A stretch of DNA of 64,000 bases from Limisphaerales bacterium (GCA_965204945.1 OZ242022.1:3332152-3396151), one strand, 5' to 3'. Positions 30,021 through 40,870 are shown, counted from the first letter of the stretch. A program made the numbers and translations. The notes: generated from the sequence alone by a model not told the origin.

Positions 30021-30093
30021 CGGCCCGGCACCGGCGGACAGGAAACTGGACGCGAATACCGAAAAGTCAGTAATCAGATACATCAACAATATT

Positions 30094-30860
30094 ATGACGG
30101 CAAAGAAGCTGAATGAACAGAAGGCGGGGCCGATGAGTCTCGTGTCGGAAGAAACTAAGGCGGATTCCATTGGGTTGACCAACCTGAAAGGAACCGCGAA
30201 AGCAACGTTGGAAACGCTTCGACGCATCCAACGGCAGACGGCGAAGGCGCTTTCCCTCTTGGGAACTGCCTCGATCACCGGAATGGGCATTGCGGGTCTC
30301 CTGCTCGCTCCCTTCCCCGTTCCAACAGCAGACGTGCGAGAAGTCCGGGAAGCTCTCCCGGAGGATGTAGAAGTGTTCGGCACTCCCGAAGTCGTCACGC
30401 AAGACCACAAAAAGAAGTTGCCTTTGCCGCCGGCGCCCATCGTGGATTCGGTTCGGATTGACGTTTACGCCGCTCAATGGCCTCATCCCGGCACCAGCGA
30501 GAGGTTGGGAATATCGGTCGGTCACGATGATTTGCTCCGTTCCGACGACTGCTACTATTTCACAGGACCCCGCAATCCGGTAGGGACAGATTACAGTTAC
30601 TGTTGGTGGCTTGAGGAGCATAGGGATTTCGAAGATTGGTTCGATGAATTCCTGTGTGTGGGGCGACCTGCTACAGCCTGTACGGAAACAACTACTACAT
30701 CTGCAAAATTGAACGTTTTGGAGACGGCGTGGCAAAATACGACGACAGCAGGCCTTCCTACACGGAGGTGTATTATCAAGAGGGGGAATATTATGCCGAA
30801 GTCTATCCCTCTGACGGAGCTCCCTACAAGGTGGCTGTAACTCTCGCTTTTCATCCTTAA
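30094..30860 (+). pseudogene. Membrane-anchored/secreted Tyr/Cys-rich protein, probable frameshift at a (TG)4 repeat
   Basis: TM segment GMGIAGLLLA; removing one GT near 30655 joins ...FDEFLC to GATCYSLYGNNYYICK...VTLAFHP. Confidence 0.5.
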
Positions 30861-30895
30861 TTTGGAAGAAAAGACGCGGAAAGTGGTTTAACCGA

Positions 30896-30938
30896 GGCGG
30901 CTTGGCACGGGTACTGCTTTTGCTAAGTCGCCGTTTTT
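30896..30938 (+). terminator. Hairpin terminator overlapping a sigma54-like -24/-12 motif
   Basis: GGCGGCTTGGCA/TGCTAAGTCGCC stem + GTTTTT; TGGCACG-GGTA-CTGCT at 30903-30918. Confidence 0.55.
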
Positions 30939-30947
30939 AATTTATTT

Positions 30948-31877
30948 ATGGAGCGAGTCATCAAAAAACGAAGTGGATTTACATTGATTGAGTTGCTGGT
31001 GGTGATAGCCATCATTGCGATTTTGGCCGGACTGCTGTTGCCTGCCTTAAGCAAGGCGAAGCAATCGGCCCATCGCATTGTTTGCGTCAACCATCTCAAA
31101 CAAATCGGGTTGGCCGTGCATTTCTACGGCGCGGACAACGAAGGCTATCTGCCACCTGTCCGCAAAGCGGACCGCCGCCCAGAATGGATAGCCATCACGC
31201 GCCAAAACCGTGCGGGTTTCTTGAACACGCATTGGGACATGCTACTGTGGGACAAGTATTTGAGCAGGGAAACGAACGTCTTCAAATGCCCTTCTCAAAA
31301 CAAATTGCGGCGGGCAATAGAGGAATTTAGGAAAACCGCGATGCCCTCGATCATTTACACTAAAAATGAGTGGAATCACAGTTACGGACTGAATGCTAGC
31401 GGCTTTTGGGAGTCCGGTTATTATGGTGGAATGGTCGGGAATGCAAGCGGCGCCAATTGGAAAGGATTGAGCACGGGAAAGCTGTATCAACGTCAATCGC
31501 CTAAAAATATTCACAACTTTGTGATCCCGTATAAAAATAGCGATATTCGGGCGCCTTCGGACATGGTGACGATAGGAGACCGATCGGCCTATGTGGTGGA
31601 ATCTGACGGAAGAGTCTTTTTTGTCGAGAGAGGACATCCTCCGTCCGTTCGGGTTCGGCCAGATCTCTCCCAGCGTTCGATTATTAGTCGGAGGCACAAC
31701 GGGAGGGTGAACATGGTGTTGTTGGACGGCCACGTGGAAGCGGAAAGTTTGCGCAACTGGACTTTGCCGGCGGCCGAAAAGCGGCGCCGCTGGAACTACG
31801 ACAACGATCCTCACGAGTACCATATCAAAGGGAGTCCGGACAACTGGAATCCAACCAGCATTGATGAAGGCTTTTGA
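30948..31877 (+). CDS. Prepilin-type N-terminal methylation protein with H-X9-DG motif
   Basis: [25 protein letters not shown]; CVNHLKQIG; [16 protein letters not shown]. Confidence 0.93.
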   Translation: MERVIKKRSGFTLIELLVVIAIIAILAGLLLPALSKAKQSAHRIVCVNHLKQIGLAVHFYGADNEGYLPPVRKADRRPEWIAITRQNRAGFLNTHWDMLLWDKYLSRETNVFKCPSQNKLRRAIEEFRKTAMPSIIYTKNEWNHSYGLNASGFWESGYYGGMVGNASGANWKGLSTGKLYQRQSPKNIHNFVIPYKNSDIRAPSDMVTIGDRSAYVVESDGRVFFVERGHPPSVRVRPDLSQRSIISRRHNGRVNMVLLDGHVEAESLRNWTLPAAEKRRRWNYDNDPHEYHIKGSPDNWNPTSIDEGF

Positions 31878-32111
31878 AGTGAAACGTGGTTAATGGGGCG
31901 CAGCTTTTGTTTTGGAGCGAAAGGCTACTGGCCGCAGATTTTGTTTTGAAGAGCGAGCGGTTGGCTAGCTGTAAATTTGGCTAATAATTTGGAGAGGTTG
32001 GCGGCGAAGTTGGGGATTTGGGATTGTGGCGGGGTGGTGGTTTTTTTTGTTGCTTGTTTTTGGGAAAGGGGTTTAGATTGCGGGGAACTTGGACGAACAA
32101 GAGAGAAAGAT

Positions 32112-33746
32112 ATGCAACGATTATTTTTAATTTCACTGGTTACTTTGCTGATCTCCGCTTCTGTGTTTGCGGCGGATTCGCCTACTGTTTCGATCACGAT
32201 CCAAAGTTATCAAGACTTGGAGGCGGACTTTAAAAGCGTCTTCAAAAGGCTCAATCCCGATTCTGCGGACGAGGATTGGGAAGAGTTTCGCCGCGAGATG
32301 AAGATTGCCGATTTGAAGGGCATTGACTTGGCGAAGCCGTGGCAGGCGGCGATTTGGGGGGAGATTGCGGAAAAATCTTCCAGCCTGAGTTTTCGCATTC
32401 CGGTTTTGGATTTTGAAAGTTTCCGCGCTTCGCTGGAGGCGGTTGCGGAGTCCAACGGCAGTGAGGATATTTCGATCCAGCAAGTCGGCGGCTATGCGAA
32501 TGTGTGGATGGAGGGGGAAGATTCTCCGGCGGCGGCAAAGGAACGGCACGATGCGTGGACGCCTGCTCAACTGCGCGCCCCGGAAAAGACGATTGAAGTT
32601 GCGGGTCATTTTCCGGAGGCGCTTCGGCGAAGTGTTTTGCAAACGATCGAAATGGGCAAAATGGCGATCACGGGCGGGTTGGGTTCTGTGCCGGACGAGG
32701 GGATTCCCGGAATGAACCCAAGGGCGCTGGTTGAACTTATCGGCGTTTACTTCGAGGTGGTGGAGATGGGGATTCAAGGCGTCAAAACTTTGGAACTGCA
32801 TTTGGGTGTCGAACAAGAAGTCTTGGAGATTGACAAGAGGGTGACCGCCAAAGCGAATTCCGAACTTGCCGATTGGATGAAGCCTATGGACGGCTCGCTG
32901 AAAGGCGTTCTGCCGTTTCTCAATCCGGAGGCCGCAATGGCCTTTGCCATGCAGTTTGTCGACAATCCGTCGATGATGTCGATGGTGAAAAAGTTTTCCC
33001 GGCTGGGTTTTGAAATGCAAGGGACGGAGAGAGAGGATCCCGCAATTCGGGAACTGGAGAAACTGATGGACGCGGCTGTTCCTGTGGTCTTTGCGAATTC
33101 GTCGAACTTTGCGGATGATGGGATGCAATTTGACGGAGTGTATCGGTTTCCCGGCCGTGATTTGGACGCTGTTTACCAAATGTTTGTCCAGTATGTGAAC
33201 GGCCCGTTGCAGTCGCAAGTTGGTGCCAAGAAGATGTATAAAACTCTTTCCTTGAAAGAAGATTATCGCGTGGTGGACGGGGTTTCGGTGGATCGATTTT
33301 TCATGGAAATCAACTGGGATTTTCCCATGTATCGGCATCAGTTGGAGGAAGCCTCTGAGCAAGAGCGGGAAATGGTCGAAAAGATGCGGGAGCAATTCGG
33401 CAAAATGGAATTTGATCTGGCGCAAAAAGGAGGAAACTTGTTTATGGGATCGCCATCGCTTTTTGACGAGTTGTTGCGGCGCGATTCAGCGGGAAGTCCG
33501 CCGAGCGGAATTCCATTCGGCCCTCGGACGTTCGCCTGTGGAAAGGTCAACGTTTTCAAGTTTATGTCCATGATCCTCGGCGCTAATCCTTTCATCCCGG
33601 AAGAAGGAAAGCGGCGGTTTCAAGATTTGGACGTCGACGGCACGGACATTGCATTTAACGTTGAGTTAGACAACGCGGTTCAAGCGCAAGTCGCCATTCC
33701 TTTGAAGGTGTTTTCTACAATCGCCAAAATCGTCGAGTGGGAGTAA
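32112..33746 (+). CDS. Secreted hypothetical protein
   Basis: 544-aa ORF with signal peptide MQRLFLISLVTLLISASVFA. Confidence 0.75.
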   Translation: MQRLFLISLVTLLISASVFAADSPTVSITIQSYQDLEADFKSVFKRLNPDSADEDWEEFRREMKIADLKGIDLAKPWQAAIWGEIAEKSSSLSFRIPVLDFESFRASLEAVAESNGSEDISIQQVGGYANVWMEGEDSPAAAKERHDAWTPAQLRAPEKTIEVAGHFPEALRRSVLQTIEMGKMAITGGLGSVPDEGIPGMNPRALVELIGVYFEVVEMGIQGVKTLELHLGVEQEVLEIDKRVTAKANSELADWMKPMDGSLKGVLPFLNPEAAMAFAMQFVDNPSMMSMVKKFSRLGFEMQGTEREDPAIRELEKLMDAAVPVVFANSSNFADDGMQFDGVYRFPGRDLDAVYQMFVQYVNGPLQSQVGAKKMYKTLSLKEDYRVVDGVSVDRFFMEINWDFPMYRHQLEEASEQEREMVEKMREQFGKMEFDLAQKGGNLFMGSPSLFDELLRRDSAGSPPSGIPFGPRTFACGKVNVFKFMSMILGANPFIPEEGKRRFQDLDVDGTDIAFNVELDNAVQAQVAIPLKVFSTIAKIVEWE

Positions 33747-33882
33747 AGTCCACTTTGACCGAGTCGAAAGCCAGCGCGCTCCATTTCTTCGCATTGCCAA
33801 AATTGGCCGAAGTGTGAGCCGGAAGACGGAGATTCAGTTGTCCCATCTTTGGCCGGCGTTTTTATTCGTGGGTTCTTTCTTC

Positions 33883-35385
33883 TCATCGGTTCGGAGGCGG
33901 TGCCGTGCTGAGGGAGAGAACAAGTTTCGGGAAACGGCAATTTTCGCACAAAGCATTGGAATGAGCGCAAAAGTCGCGGAGGATTTGCAAGAGTCCCTGC
34001 TGGTCGATTGCCGCGGCAAGCACTTTGACATCTTCCCGCCCCAGCAATCGGCTACAGCCATCCTTGAGCAACCGGTTTTCTCCGCTGCGGGGGAAACGGT
34101 TAAACAAGCGCTCGGCGCGTTGCATTGCCGCTTTGTTTCCATCGGCTTTTGCCCGGCTCCAAAACCACGGCAAGATCACGTTCACGGCCAGCTCGATGGC
34201 TCGTGAATCTCCAAGCGTCAATCGTCCGTCAACAGAAGAAGAGAATTGTTTAAAGTGGAAGCGGTTGGCCCAGAATGGCGTGATTTTTCCCGAAAGCGCG
34301 TTCACCAGCGGGGCGAGAGGCCGTTCCAAGTTGGTCTGGGCGAACCATTTTTCCAGCCGTTGAAAGAAGTCCGGTTGCCGAATCCAACAGACTACCAACG
34401 CCAGTCGACGATGGGGATGATTCTGCGGACGCGAGCCGGAGAAGCACCAGATTGCCTCCGGAAACGCTACATCGCTAAATTCATCGCGGAGTCTCCACCA
34501 CGCATTCCAGAGTTTGGCGACGTGAGCCTGCCGGACGCTGCGGGAATCGTGAGGCAAAAAACCAGCAACGCCGAAAAGCCTTGCTTCCACTTCTGCCGTC
34601 GGCCAAAGTTCAAAAGACTCCGCTGGAAATCCCGGAAACAGCCGCGGCGTCAATTCTCCAATCCGCCGCATTGGCCAAACATTCCTCGAATACCCCAAGC
34701 CCGCCACCAAGCCTTCCCACAAAGCCAAACGCCAACCAACCTCCCGCGCGCGCAAGCGTTGCCGTTCCCCTTTTTGGCGAAACCGAAACATCGCCGCCGA
34801 CCGAAGCAATCGCCGCGCTTGCTCCGGCGGAATTTCGGCCAAAGGCGCCCGACATTTTCCAGAGAATTCTTCCGGCAAAGCAAAAGAGTCCGTGGCAAAG
34901 CCTCTTGCCAGCTCGACGAGAGAGCGGTTTAAGAATGGTTCCAACGCCAGCATAGGCACGGAAGATTGGAGTTTGCGAGGAGGCGACCAAACTACTCGAA
35001 GAACGACGCGCTCAAAACTCGGATTGTTCTCGTGGCCGTGCGCTTTCCAACCCGCCGCCCAACGGTCAATTTCTACGTCTCCTTGCAATAACACTTCGCC
35101 GTCCAGACGGATGAGCGCCCGATTGAAGTCCGGTCCCGCTCCGTGATTCAAGAATCCTGGATGAATCACTTCGCATTGGCGCCCATCCACCGTCCGCAAT
35201 CCCTCTCGATTCAGCCGCTGCCACTGCCAAATATACTGCATCAGCCGCTCTTCCGGCGGGTTTCTCGCCTCGCCACCGTCGGTCAAAAGACAGTCCGAAA
35301 CTTGCCGGCTCCAAACATGATAGTCATCCGAAGAGAAAATCACGAAGTCGCTTTTTAGATTTGAACGCCAGTGTTTTCTTGCCAA
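33883..35385 (-). CDS. DUF2851 family protein (start uncertain)
   Basis: EERLMQYIW, HPGFLNHGAGPDF, GDVEI..W..HGH, RPQNHPHRRL, QQGLLQ..FC...CENCRF. Confidence 0.85.
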   Translation of the reverse strand: MARKHWRSNLKSDFVIFSSDDYHVWSRQVSDCLLTDGGEARNPPEERLMQYIWQWQRLNREGLRTVDGRQCEVIHPGFLNHGAGPDFNRALIRLDGEVLLQGDVEIDRWAAGWKAHGHENNPSFERVVLRVVWSPPRKLQSSVPMLALEPFLNRSLVELARGFATDSFALPEEFSGKCRAPLAEIPPEQARRLLRSAAMFRFRQKGERQRLRAREVGWRLALWEGLVAGLGYSRNVWPMRRIGELTPRLFPGFPAESFELWPTAEVEARLFGVAGFLPHDSRSVRQAHVAKLWNAWWRLRDEFSDVAFPEAIWCFSGSRPQNHPHRRLALVVCWIRQPDFFQRLEKWFAQTNLERPLAPLVNALSGKITPFWANRFHFKQFSSSVDGRLTLGDSRAIELAVNVILPWFWSRAKADGNKAAMQRAERLFNRFPRSGENRLLKDGCSRLLGREDVKVLAAAIDQQGLLQILRDFCAHSNALCENCRFPKLVLSLSTAPPPNR

Positions 35386-35560
35386 TGCCGGACATGAATT
35401 ATTGAAAAACTCTCCCGATCTTCACAACTAAATTTTGACCGCGCTTTGCGATTCGGCAAGTCACCCGCTAATTTTCCATTGAGGTTTCTTTCATCTTATA
35501 TTGGAAGGGCTATCGTTCTTTGCCCCAAATCTTGCGGGAAACTTCGGATTTTTCGGCAAA

Positions 35561-37050
35561 TCAAAAATCTTCCACAGAGCGATGATCCGTTTCGGCACGG
35601 TCGACGGCGAAAAGTGTCAAAGAATCCGAAACAGCAATTTTGCGATAGCCCGCCAGAAACTCATCCAACAAACCGCTTTTCAATTCTCTTCGAGTCAGCA
35701 AAAGCAACTCCGGCTCATAGCGCTTCCACAGATTGATCTTCTCTGAATCATCGAATCCGCAAGCCCAACGCCGTTTGCGCGGCACAACTGCCAATTCGGG
35801 AATCACCTTGATGCCCGCGTGAAACGCCAACTCTGTTCGCGCCGTATAAATCCATTCGCCATTCCCACGCCGCTCCCGCAGAAGCCGAATCATTTTGTGG
35901 TCTTCCACTCGATCCCGCCCCGCCAAAATCTCCGCCTCCCGCTTCATACGCCAAAAACCCTCCACCATCGTCCACGCCACTACCACAGAAAAAACAAAAA
36001 CCTGCCCGGCCAACCACGCCGCTGTCCACCACTGCGCTTTTCTAAAAGAAAGCAACTTCTGCAACCATACAGCCAAACCCGCCGCCGAAATCCAACTCAA
36101 AGGCGCCACAAAGTGTACATAGTAATAAGACCAGTAAGGACGATGAACCCCATGCACCACCAGCGCCGTCAACAACAAAACCACCGGAAACACTACCGGC
36201 CGCCGATAAACCAACAACAACACCAAACCCAACCCGCCAGCCGTCAACACCTCCAAATGCTCCAGAAACACCCCCGGATCAAAAGCATAACGCGCAGACT
36301 CCTTCGCCCCTTCCCGTACTTCCTCCGAAAAATGCGTCCCCACAATCAACTTCCAACTCATCGCCGGAAAAAACGCCCACACCAAACAAAACCCTCCAAA
36401 CACTCCAAAAAACAATCCCAAAAACCGCGCTCCCAACCAGCGACAAAAAACGCCAACCCCACCTCCCCTCGCGCCCTCCCAAGCCAAAGCAGCCAACATC
36501 GCCGGCAACACCATGCCCGCCGTCAACTTCACTTGAAGCGCCAACCCCAAAACCAATCCCGCAACAACGCAACGAACTACACTCCGCTTCCCCGAAAACA
36601 ATACCGCCGCCGCCGCTAAACCGCCCGCCATCGACGGCACTTCCAACATTGCCGAAACGCATAACAGCAACATTTTCGGCGCCAACCCCGCAAACACAAT
36701 CCCCACCAACCCCGCAAGCCAACCCGCCTCCCTTGCAACCAACCAGCCCAGCGACCATAAAAAAGAAACCCAAAACCCGCCGCAACAAGCCGAGCAGTTG
36801 CCGCCTCCGGCCCCAACCAACAAAAAAACAACGCCGTAATCGCCGTATGCAATGGCGGCTGATCATTCCAAATCGGATCGTAAAGAGCAACGCCCTCACT
36901 CAACAAATATGCCTTTGTAAACTCAAAACCCTCATCCCCACCCAGCATAACCGCGTTCTGCCAAGGAACCAGCAACAGCATCGCCAACACCACCAGCGAG
37001 CAAAAAGCCGCCAATGCCAACGCCTCCGCTCGCCCGCATTTCCCAAACAA
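35561..37050 (-). pseudogene. ArnT/PMT-like (GT-C) membrane glycosyltransferase, one frameshift near 36760
   Basis: GGDEG...WNDQPPL in one frame; MLEVP...QVKLT...RPYWSYYYVHF in the next. One extra T in the T6 run (36759-36764) joins them. Confidence 0.75.
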
Positions 37051-37063
37051 TGCACCCCTCCCA

Positions 37064-37612
37064 TCAATCTCCCTCTTGCCCCGCAACCTTCCTCGAAACA
37101 AACCCCTCCGCCCAAAACAAAACCCCGCAACTTCCCAACAACACATAACCCAAAATCCCCAACGAAACCCGCTCCGCCTGCTCCTCGCTCCAGCCAAACA
37201 ACTTATCCAAACCCGCCAGACAACCGCAATACGCACCCGGATCCCCCAAAGCAATCGCCAACCGATACGCTACAAAAACCGAAGACAACCCCGCGCAACC
37301 CCGCGCCAAAACACAAAGCGAAAACCCACGCCTCAAAATTGCCAAACCCCAACCCACTTCCAACAAACCAGCAACCGCATGCAACTGCCCACTCCGCAAA
37401 AAACTGAAAACCGGATCCTGCACCTGCAACAACAAAGCGTCATTCCACACATTCAACAACTTAGCGCCACCCGTTAGCAGAAAAATAAACGCAAACGAAT
37501 CTAGCAACAAACGAACCCAGCAGGGAGTGAACAAATTGAAATTGCGGGAACCCTTTGCCCACTCAAGCCTTCGCTTCATCGGCAGATTTTGCCCTATGAA
37601 AAGGTTTTTCAT
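37064..37612 (-). CDS. MauE/DoxX-family membrane protein
   Basis: FLLTGGAKL, AGLLEV, CGCLAG; four TM segments. Confidence 0.75.
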   Translation of the reverse strand: MKNLFIGQNLPMKRRLEWAKGSRNFNLFTPCWVRLLLDSFAFIFLLTGGAKLLNVWNDALLLQVQDPVFSFLRSGQLHAVAGLLEVGWGLAILRRGFSLCVLARGCAGLSSVFVAYRLAIALGDPGAYCGCLAGLDKLFGWSEEQAERVSLGILGYVLLGSCGVLFWAEGFVSRKVAGQEGD

Positions 37613-37665
37613 TGTTTATTTTTCAAAACGATTGGCGATTGAAACTGTGTTTAAATATTGGCGGA

Positions 37666-38715
37666 TTAGGGTTGTTTCTTTTGTTTTTTGAGCATTCCTA
37701 TCCAGAAGATTACGGTGATCAACACCGCCAGAGAGAGAATAAAAGTCCACTGCGTCTTGCGGCTTGGTTTGCGATCCCTCGGCACAAACTCCTTGGAAAT
37801 CTTTTCCCCATCCCAATAACCCAGAGATTTAGACTCTAAATGACTATAAATCTCTGTTCCCCTCGGCAAATTCATTCCCTCAATCGTCCAATGATTTTCT
37901 GGAAAGGATCTTTTAACTTCCGCTTCAATCATCGTAATGGTAGTTACCGCCCCAATTCTAGGACGCTCGGAAATGACCTTACTGGGGAGCCAAGGGTATT
38001 TGTCGTTTTCATAAACAGACGTCATCTTATGCAACGGCAACGTTCCATGAGAATACCTAAGGACTTGAAAATTCCGATCCGGATCAATCCAATAGTCCAC
38101 AGGATAACCGTCACTCATAACAACTTGAACATGCCAAGCATCGCGATCCCCAATTCGCTCTCGCCCTTTAATTTCGACAGATCGAAGACGGTCTCGGATT
38201 TTTTGCCACATGAACGACGTGACAGAACTATCCGCTTGCAAGTCATTTACACCAAGAATTCGAGGGTCGAATAAAGGCTGTCCGCTTTGATCTGTGATAT
38301 GCATTATTTCAGCAAATACGGAATCAGAAGGAGCATAAGCAACCACTTGTTGGCCATCATAAACGCCTTGATCGGGAACAATCTTTTCGTCTGCAACAGT
38401 TAAAATGGGTTTGCCCGAGTTTTCGGGATAGTAGTAATAGTGTCGATGCTCTTGGTCAAAGTCTACTTGGATTATTTTTTTGTGGGTTGAAATGCTGTCC
38501 GAACGAACGAACTCCAATTTGAGCGAAGAGGGCGGAATGGAAGCGCGAGCCGCTACTACTCCGTCCAACAAAGCAATTGGATCAGGATAGTTGTTACTTG
38601 TGTCTTCTGACGTTTGCGCCTGTGCTTGCAGTTGTGTTTTACAACTAAGATAAAGCGACAAGGCCAAGAGAAGCGAAGTCACCAGCTGCCGCTGTTGCCA
38701 AGTTCGAGAGCTCAT
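37666..38715 (-). CDS. Secreted protein with C-terminal TM anchor, paralog C
   Basis: Signal peptide, LFDPRILG, YWIDP, PWLPSKV, C-terminal TM + basic tail. Confidence 0.8.
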   Translation of the reverse strand: MSSRTWQQRQLVTSLLLALSLYLSCKTQLQAQAQTSEDTSNNYPDPIALLDGVVAARASIPPSSLKLEFVRSDSISTHKKIIQVDFDQEHRHYYYYPENSGKPILTVADEKIVPDQGVYDGQQVVAYAPSDSVFAEIMHITDQSGQPLFDPRILGVNDLQADSSVTSFMWQKIRDRLRSVEIKGRERIGDRDAWHVQVVMSDGYPVDYWIDPDRNFQVLRYSHGTLPLHKMTSVYENDKYPWLPSKVISERPRIGAVTTITMIEAEVKRSFPENHWTIEGMNLPRGTEIYSHLESKSLGYWDGEKISKEFVPRDRKPSRKTQWTFILSLAVLITVIFWIGMLKKQKKQP

Positions 38716-38763
38716 ATTTTTCAAAACGATTGGCGATTAAAACTGCGTTTAAATATTGGCGGA

Positions 38764-39804
38764 TTAGGGTTGTTTCTTTTGTTTTTTGAGCTTTCCTATC
38801 CAGAAGATTACGGTGATCAACACCGCCAGAGAGAGAATAAAAGTCCACTGCGTCTTGCGGTTTGGTTTGCGATCCCTCGGCACAAACTCCTTGGAAATCT
38901 TCTTTCCATCCCAGTAGCCCAGCTGCTCCGCCTTGGAATAATCGTTGATAACGGTTCCTCTTGGCAAATCCATCCCCTCCAACGTCCAGTGACCCTCCGG
39001 AAATTCTTTCTCCTCAGCTTTTAAAATGGTCATCACGTTTTTACTGATGAAACTTCCATCTTGTTCAAAACGCTCTTTAATCACTTTACTAGGAATCCAC
39101 GGGTAGCTAGTGTTCTCATAAAAGGCTCTTGATTTTGTGATGCGGTGATTTCCAGCAGCAATTTTATAGATGCGAAAATCTCGGCTCGGATCAATCCAAA
39201 ATTCTAGAGAATAACTGCCGTCAAGAAGAATATCGACGTGCCAAGCATCGTTTCCATCAATTTCCACCTTTCCTTTAGTTTCAATTGTTGTGAATCGTCT
39301 CCTTTGTCCTTGGAACATAAACGTTGTGATGCTATCTTCCGGAGTATACACAACTAAATCACCTAACAATCTGGGATCAAACAAATGGAAATTATAGGTG
39401 CCATCGGTGATTTCTCGAAATTCACACCAACCATGAGGATTAGAGTCGAGAGGTTCAATATTGTAACAAATTATTTTCTGACCATCGTAAATACCGTCGT
39501 AAATCTTTTGGCCATCTTTCTCAAGCCGATATCGACGGTGCTCCTTGTCAAAATCAACTTGGTAAGTATTGGTATGAATTGAAACATTATCCTCAGTAGC
39601 GATTTCTAGCTTGAGTGATGAAGGCGGAATGGAAGCACGAGCCGCCACTACCCCGTCCAACAAGGCAATTGGATCGGGATAGTTGTTACTTGTGTCTTCT
39701 GACGTTTGCGCCTGTGCTTTCAGTTGCGCTTCACAACTAAGATAAAGCGACAAGGTCAAGAGAAACGAAGTGACCAGCTGCCTCTGTTGCCAAGTTATAG
39801 ACAT
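38764..39804 (-). CDS. Secreted protein with C-terminal TM anchor, paralog B (mosaic of A and C)
   Basis: Same motifs; termini near-identical to C, internal blocks near-identical to A. Confidence 0.8.
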   Translation of the reverse strand: MSITWQQRQLVTSFLLTLSLYLSCEAQLKAQAQTSEDTSNNYPDPIALLDGVVAARASIPPSSLKLEIATEDNVSIHTNTYQVDFDKEHRRYRLEKDGQKIYDGIYDGQKIICYNIEPLDSNPHGWCEFREITDGTYNFHLFDPRLLGDLVVYTPEDSITTFMFQGQRRRFTTIETKGKVEIDGNDAWHVDILLDGSYSLEFWIDPSRDFRIYKIAAGNHRITKSRAFYENTSYPWIPSKVIKERFEQDGSFISKNVMTILKAEEKEFPEGHWTLEGMDLPRGTVINDYSKAEQLGYWDGKKISKEFVPRDRKPNRKTQWTFILSLAVLITVIFWIGKLKKQKKQP

Positions 39805-39850
39805 GTTTTTCAAAATGATTTGCGATTGAAACTGCGATTGGATTGGCGGG

Positions 39851-40870
39851 TTATGGATTCTCCTTTTTCTTTCTGATCATTCTTATCCAGAAGATTACGG
39901 TGATCAACACCGCCAGAGAGAGAATAAAAGTCCACTGGGTCTTGCGGTTTGGTTTGCGATCCCTCGGCACAAACTCCTTGGAAATCTTCTTTCCATCCCA
40001 GTAGCCCAGCTGCTCCGCCTTGGAATAATCGTTGATAACGGTTCCTCTTGGCAAATCCATCCCCTCCAACGTCCAGTGACCCTCCGGAAATTCTTTCTCC
40101 TCAGCTTCTAATAGAGTTGTTGTCCTATGATAGATGAGACTTCCATTTGCCTCAAAATAATCTTCAATTACCTTTCTGGGGAGCCATGGATAAAGGTCGT
40201 CTTCATAAAAAGAGATAGACTTTGTGACACGAAAAGCACCAGCAATCATTTTATAGATACGAAAGTTCCGGCTTGGATCAATCCATAAATCCAATGGATA
40301 TTCGCCATCCGTAACGATACGAACATGCCAAGCATCGTTTCCATCAATTTCCACCTTTCCCTTAGTTTCAATGGTTGTGAATCGCTCTCGTTGTCCTTGA
40401 TACATAAAATTTTCCGCGTTAGTTCTGGGAGAATATACAGCTACGCTTCCTAATAGTCTCGGGTCAAATAAAGAATAACCACCGCTTCCATCAATAATAT
40501 CTCGAAATTCAGCCTCTTTACTTTCGATTCTATAACTAATTACTTGCTGACCATTATAAATGCCATCGTAAATCTTTTTGCCATCTTTTTCAAGACGGTA
40601 TCGGCGGCGCTCCTTGTCAAAATCAACTTGGTAAGTATTGGTGTGAATTGAAACATTATCCTCAGTAACGATTTCTAGCTTGAGTGATGAAGATGGAATG
40701 GCAACACGATCTGCTACTACCCCGTCTAGCAGAGCAATTGGGGAGGGATAATCGCTTGTGTCCTGTGTCTGAGCAGACTGAGATTCTTTCATTATGCTAA
40801 CAGAAACGATACAAATAATGAGAAATTTAAGAAGAGAATCTCTCGTTTGAAATCGAATTGGAACATTCAT
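39851..40870 (-). CDS. Secreted protein with C-terminal TM anchor, paralog A
   Basis: LFDPRLLG, LWIDPSR, PWLPRKV, GMDLPRGT, C-terminal TM. Confidence 0.8.
   Translation of the reverse strand: MNVPIRFQTRDSLLKFLIICIVSVSIMKESQSAQTQDTSDYPSPIALLDGVVADRVAIPSSSLKLEIVTEDNVSIHTNTYQVDFDKERRRYRLEKDGKKIYDGIYNGQQVISYRIESKEAEFRDIIDGSGGYSLFDPRLLGSVAVYSPRTNAENFMYQGQRERFTTIETKGKVEIDGNDAWHVRIVTDGEYPLDLWIDPSRNFRIYKMIAGAFRVTKSISFYEDDLYPWLPRKVIEDYFEANGSLIYHRTTTLLEAEEKEFPEGHWTLEGMDLPRGTVINDYSKAEQLGYWDGKKISKEFVPRDRKPNRKTQWTFILSLAVLITVIFWIRMIRKKKENP

Noticed and set aside
35819-37477. Pro/Gln/Lys/His-rich plus-strand ORFs
   Set aside because: By-product of the extreme C/A skew (few T, so few stops) opposite real membrane-protein genes.
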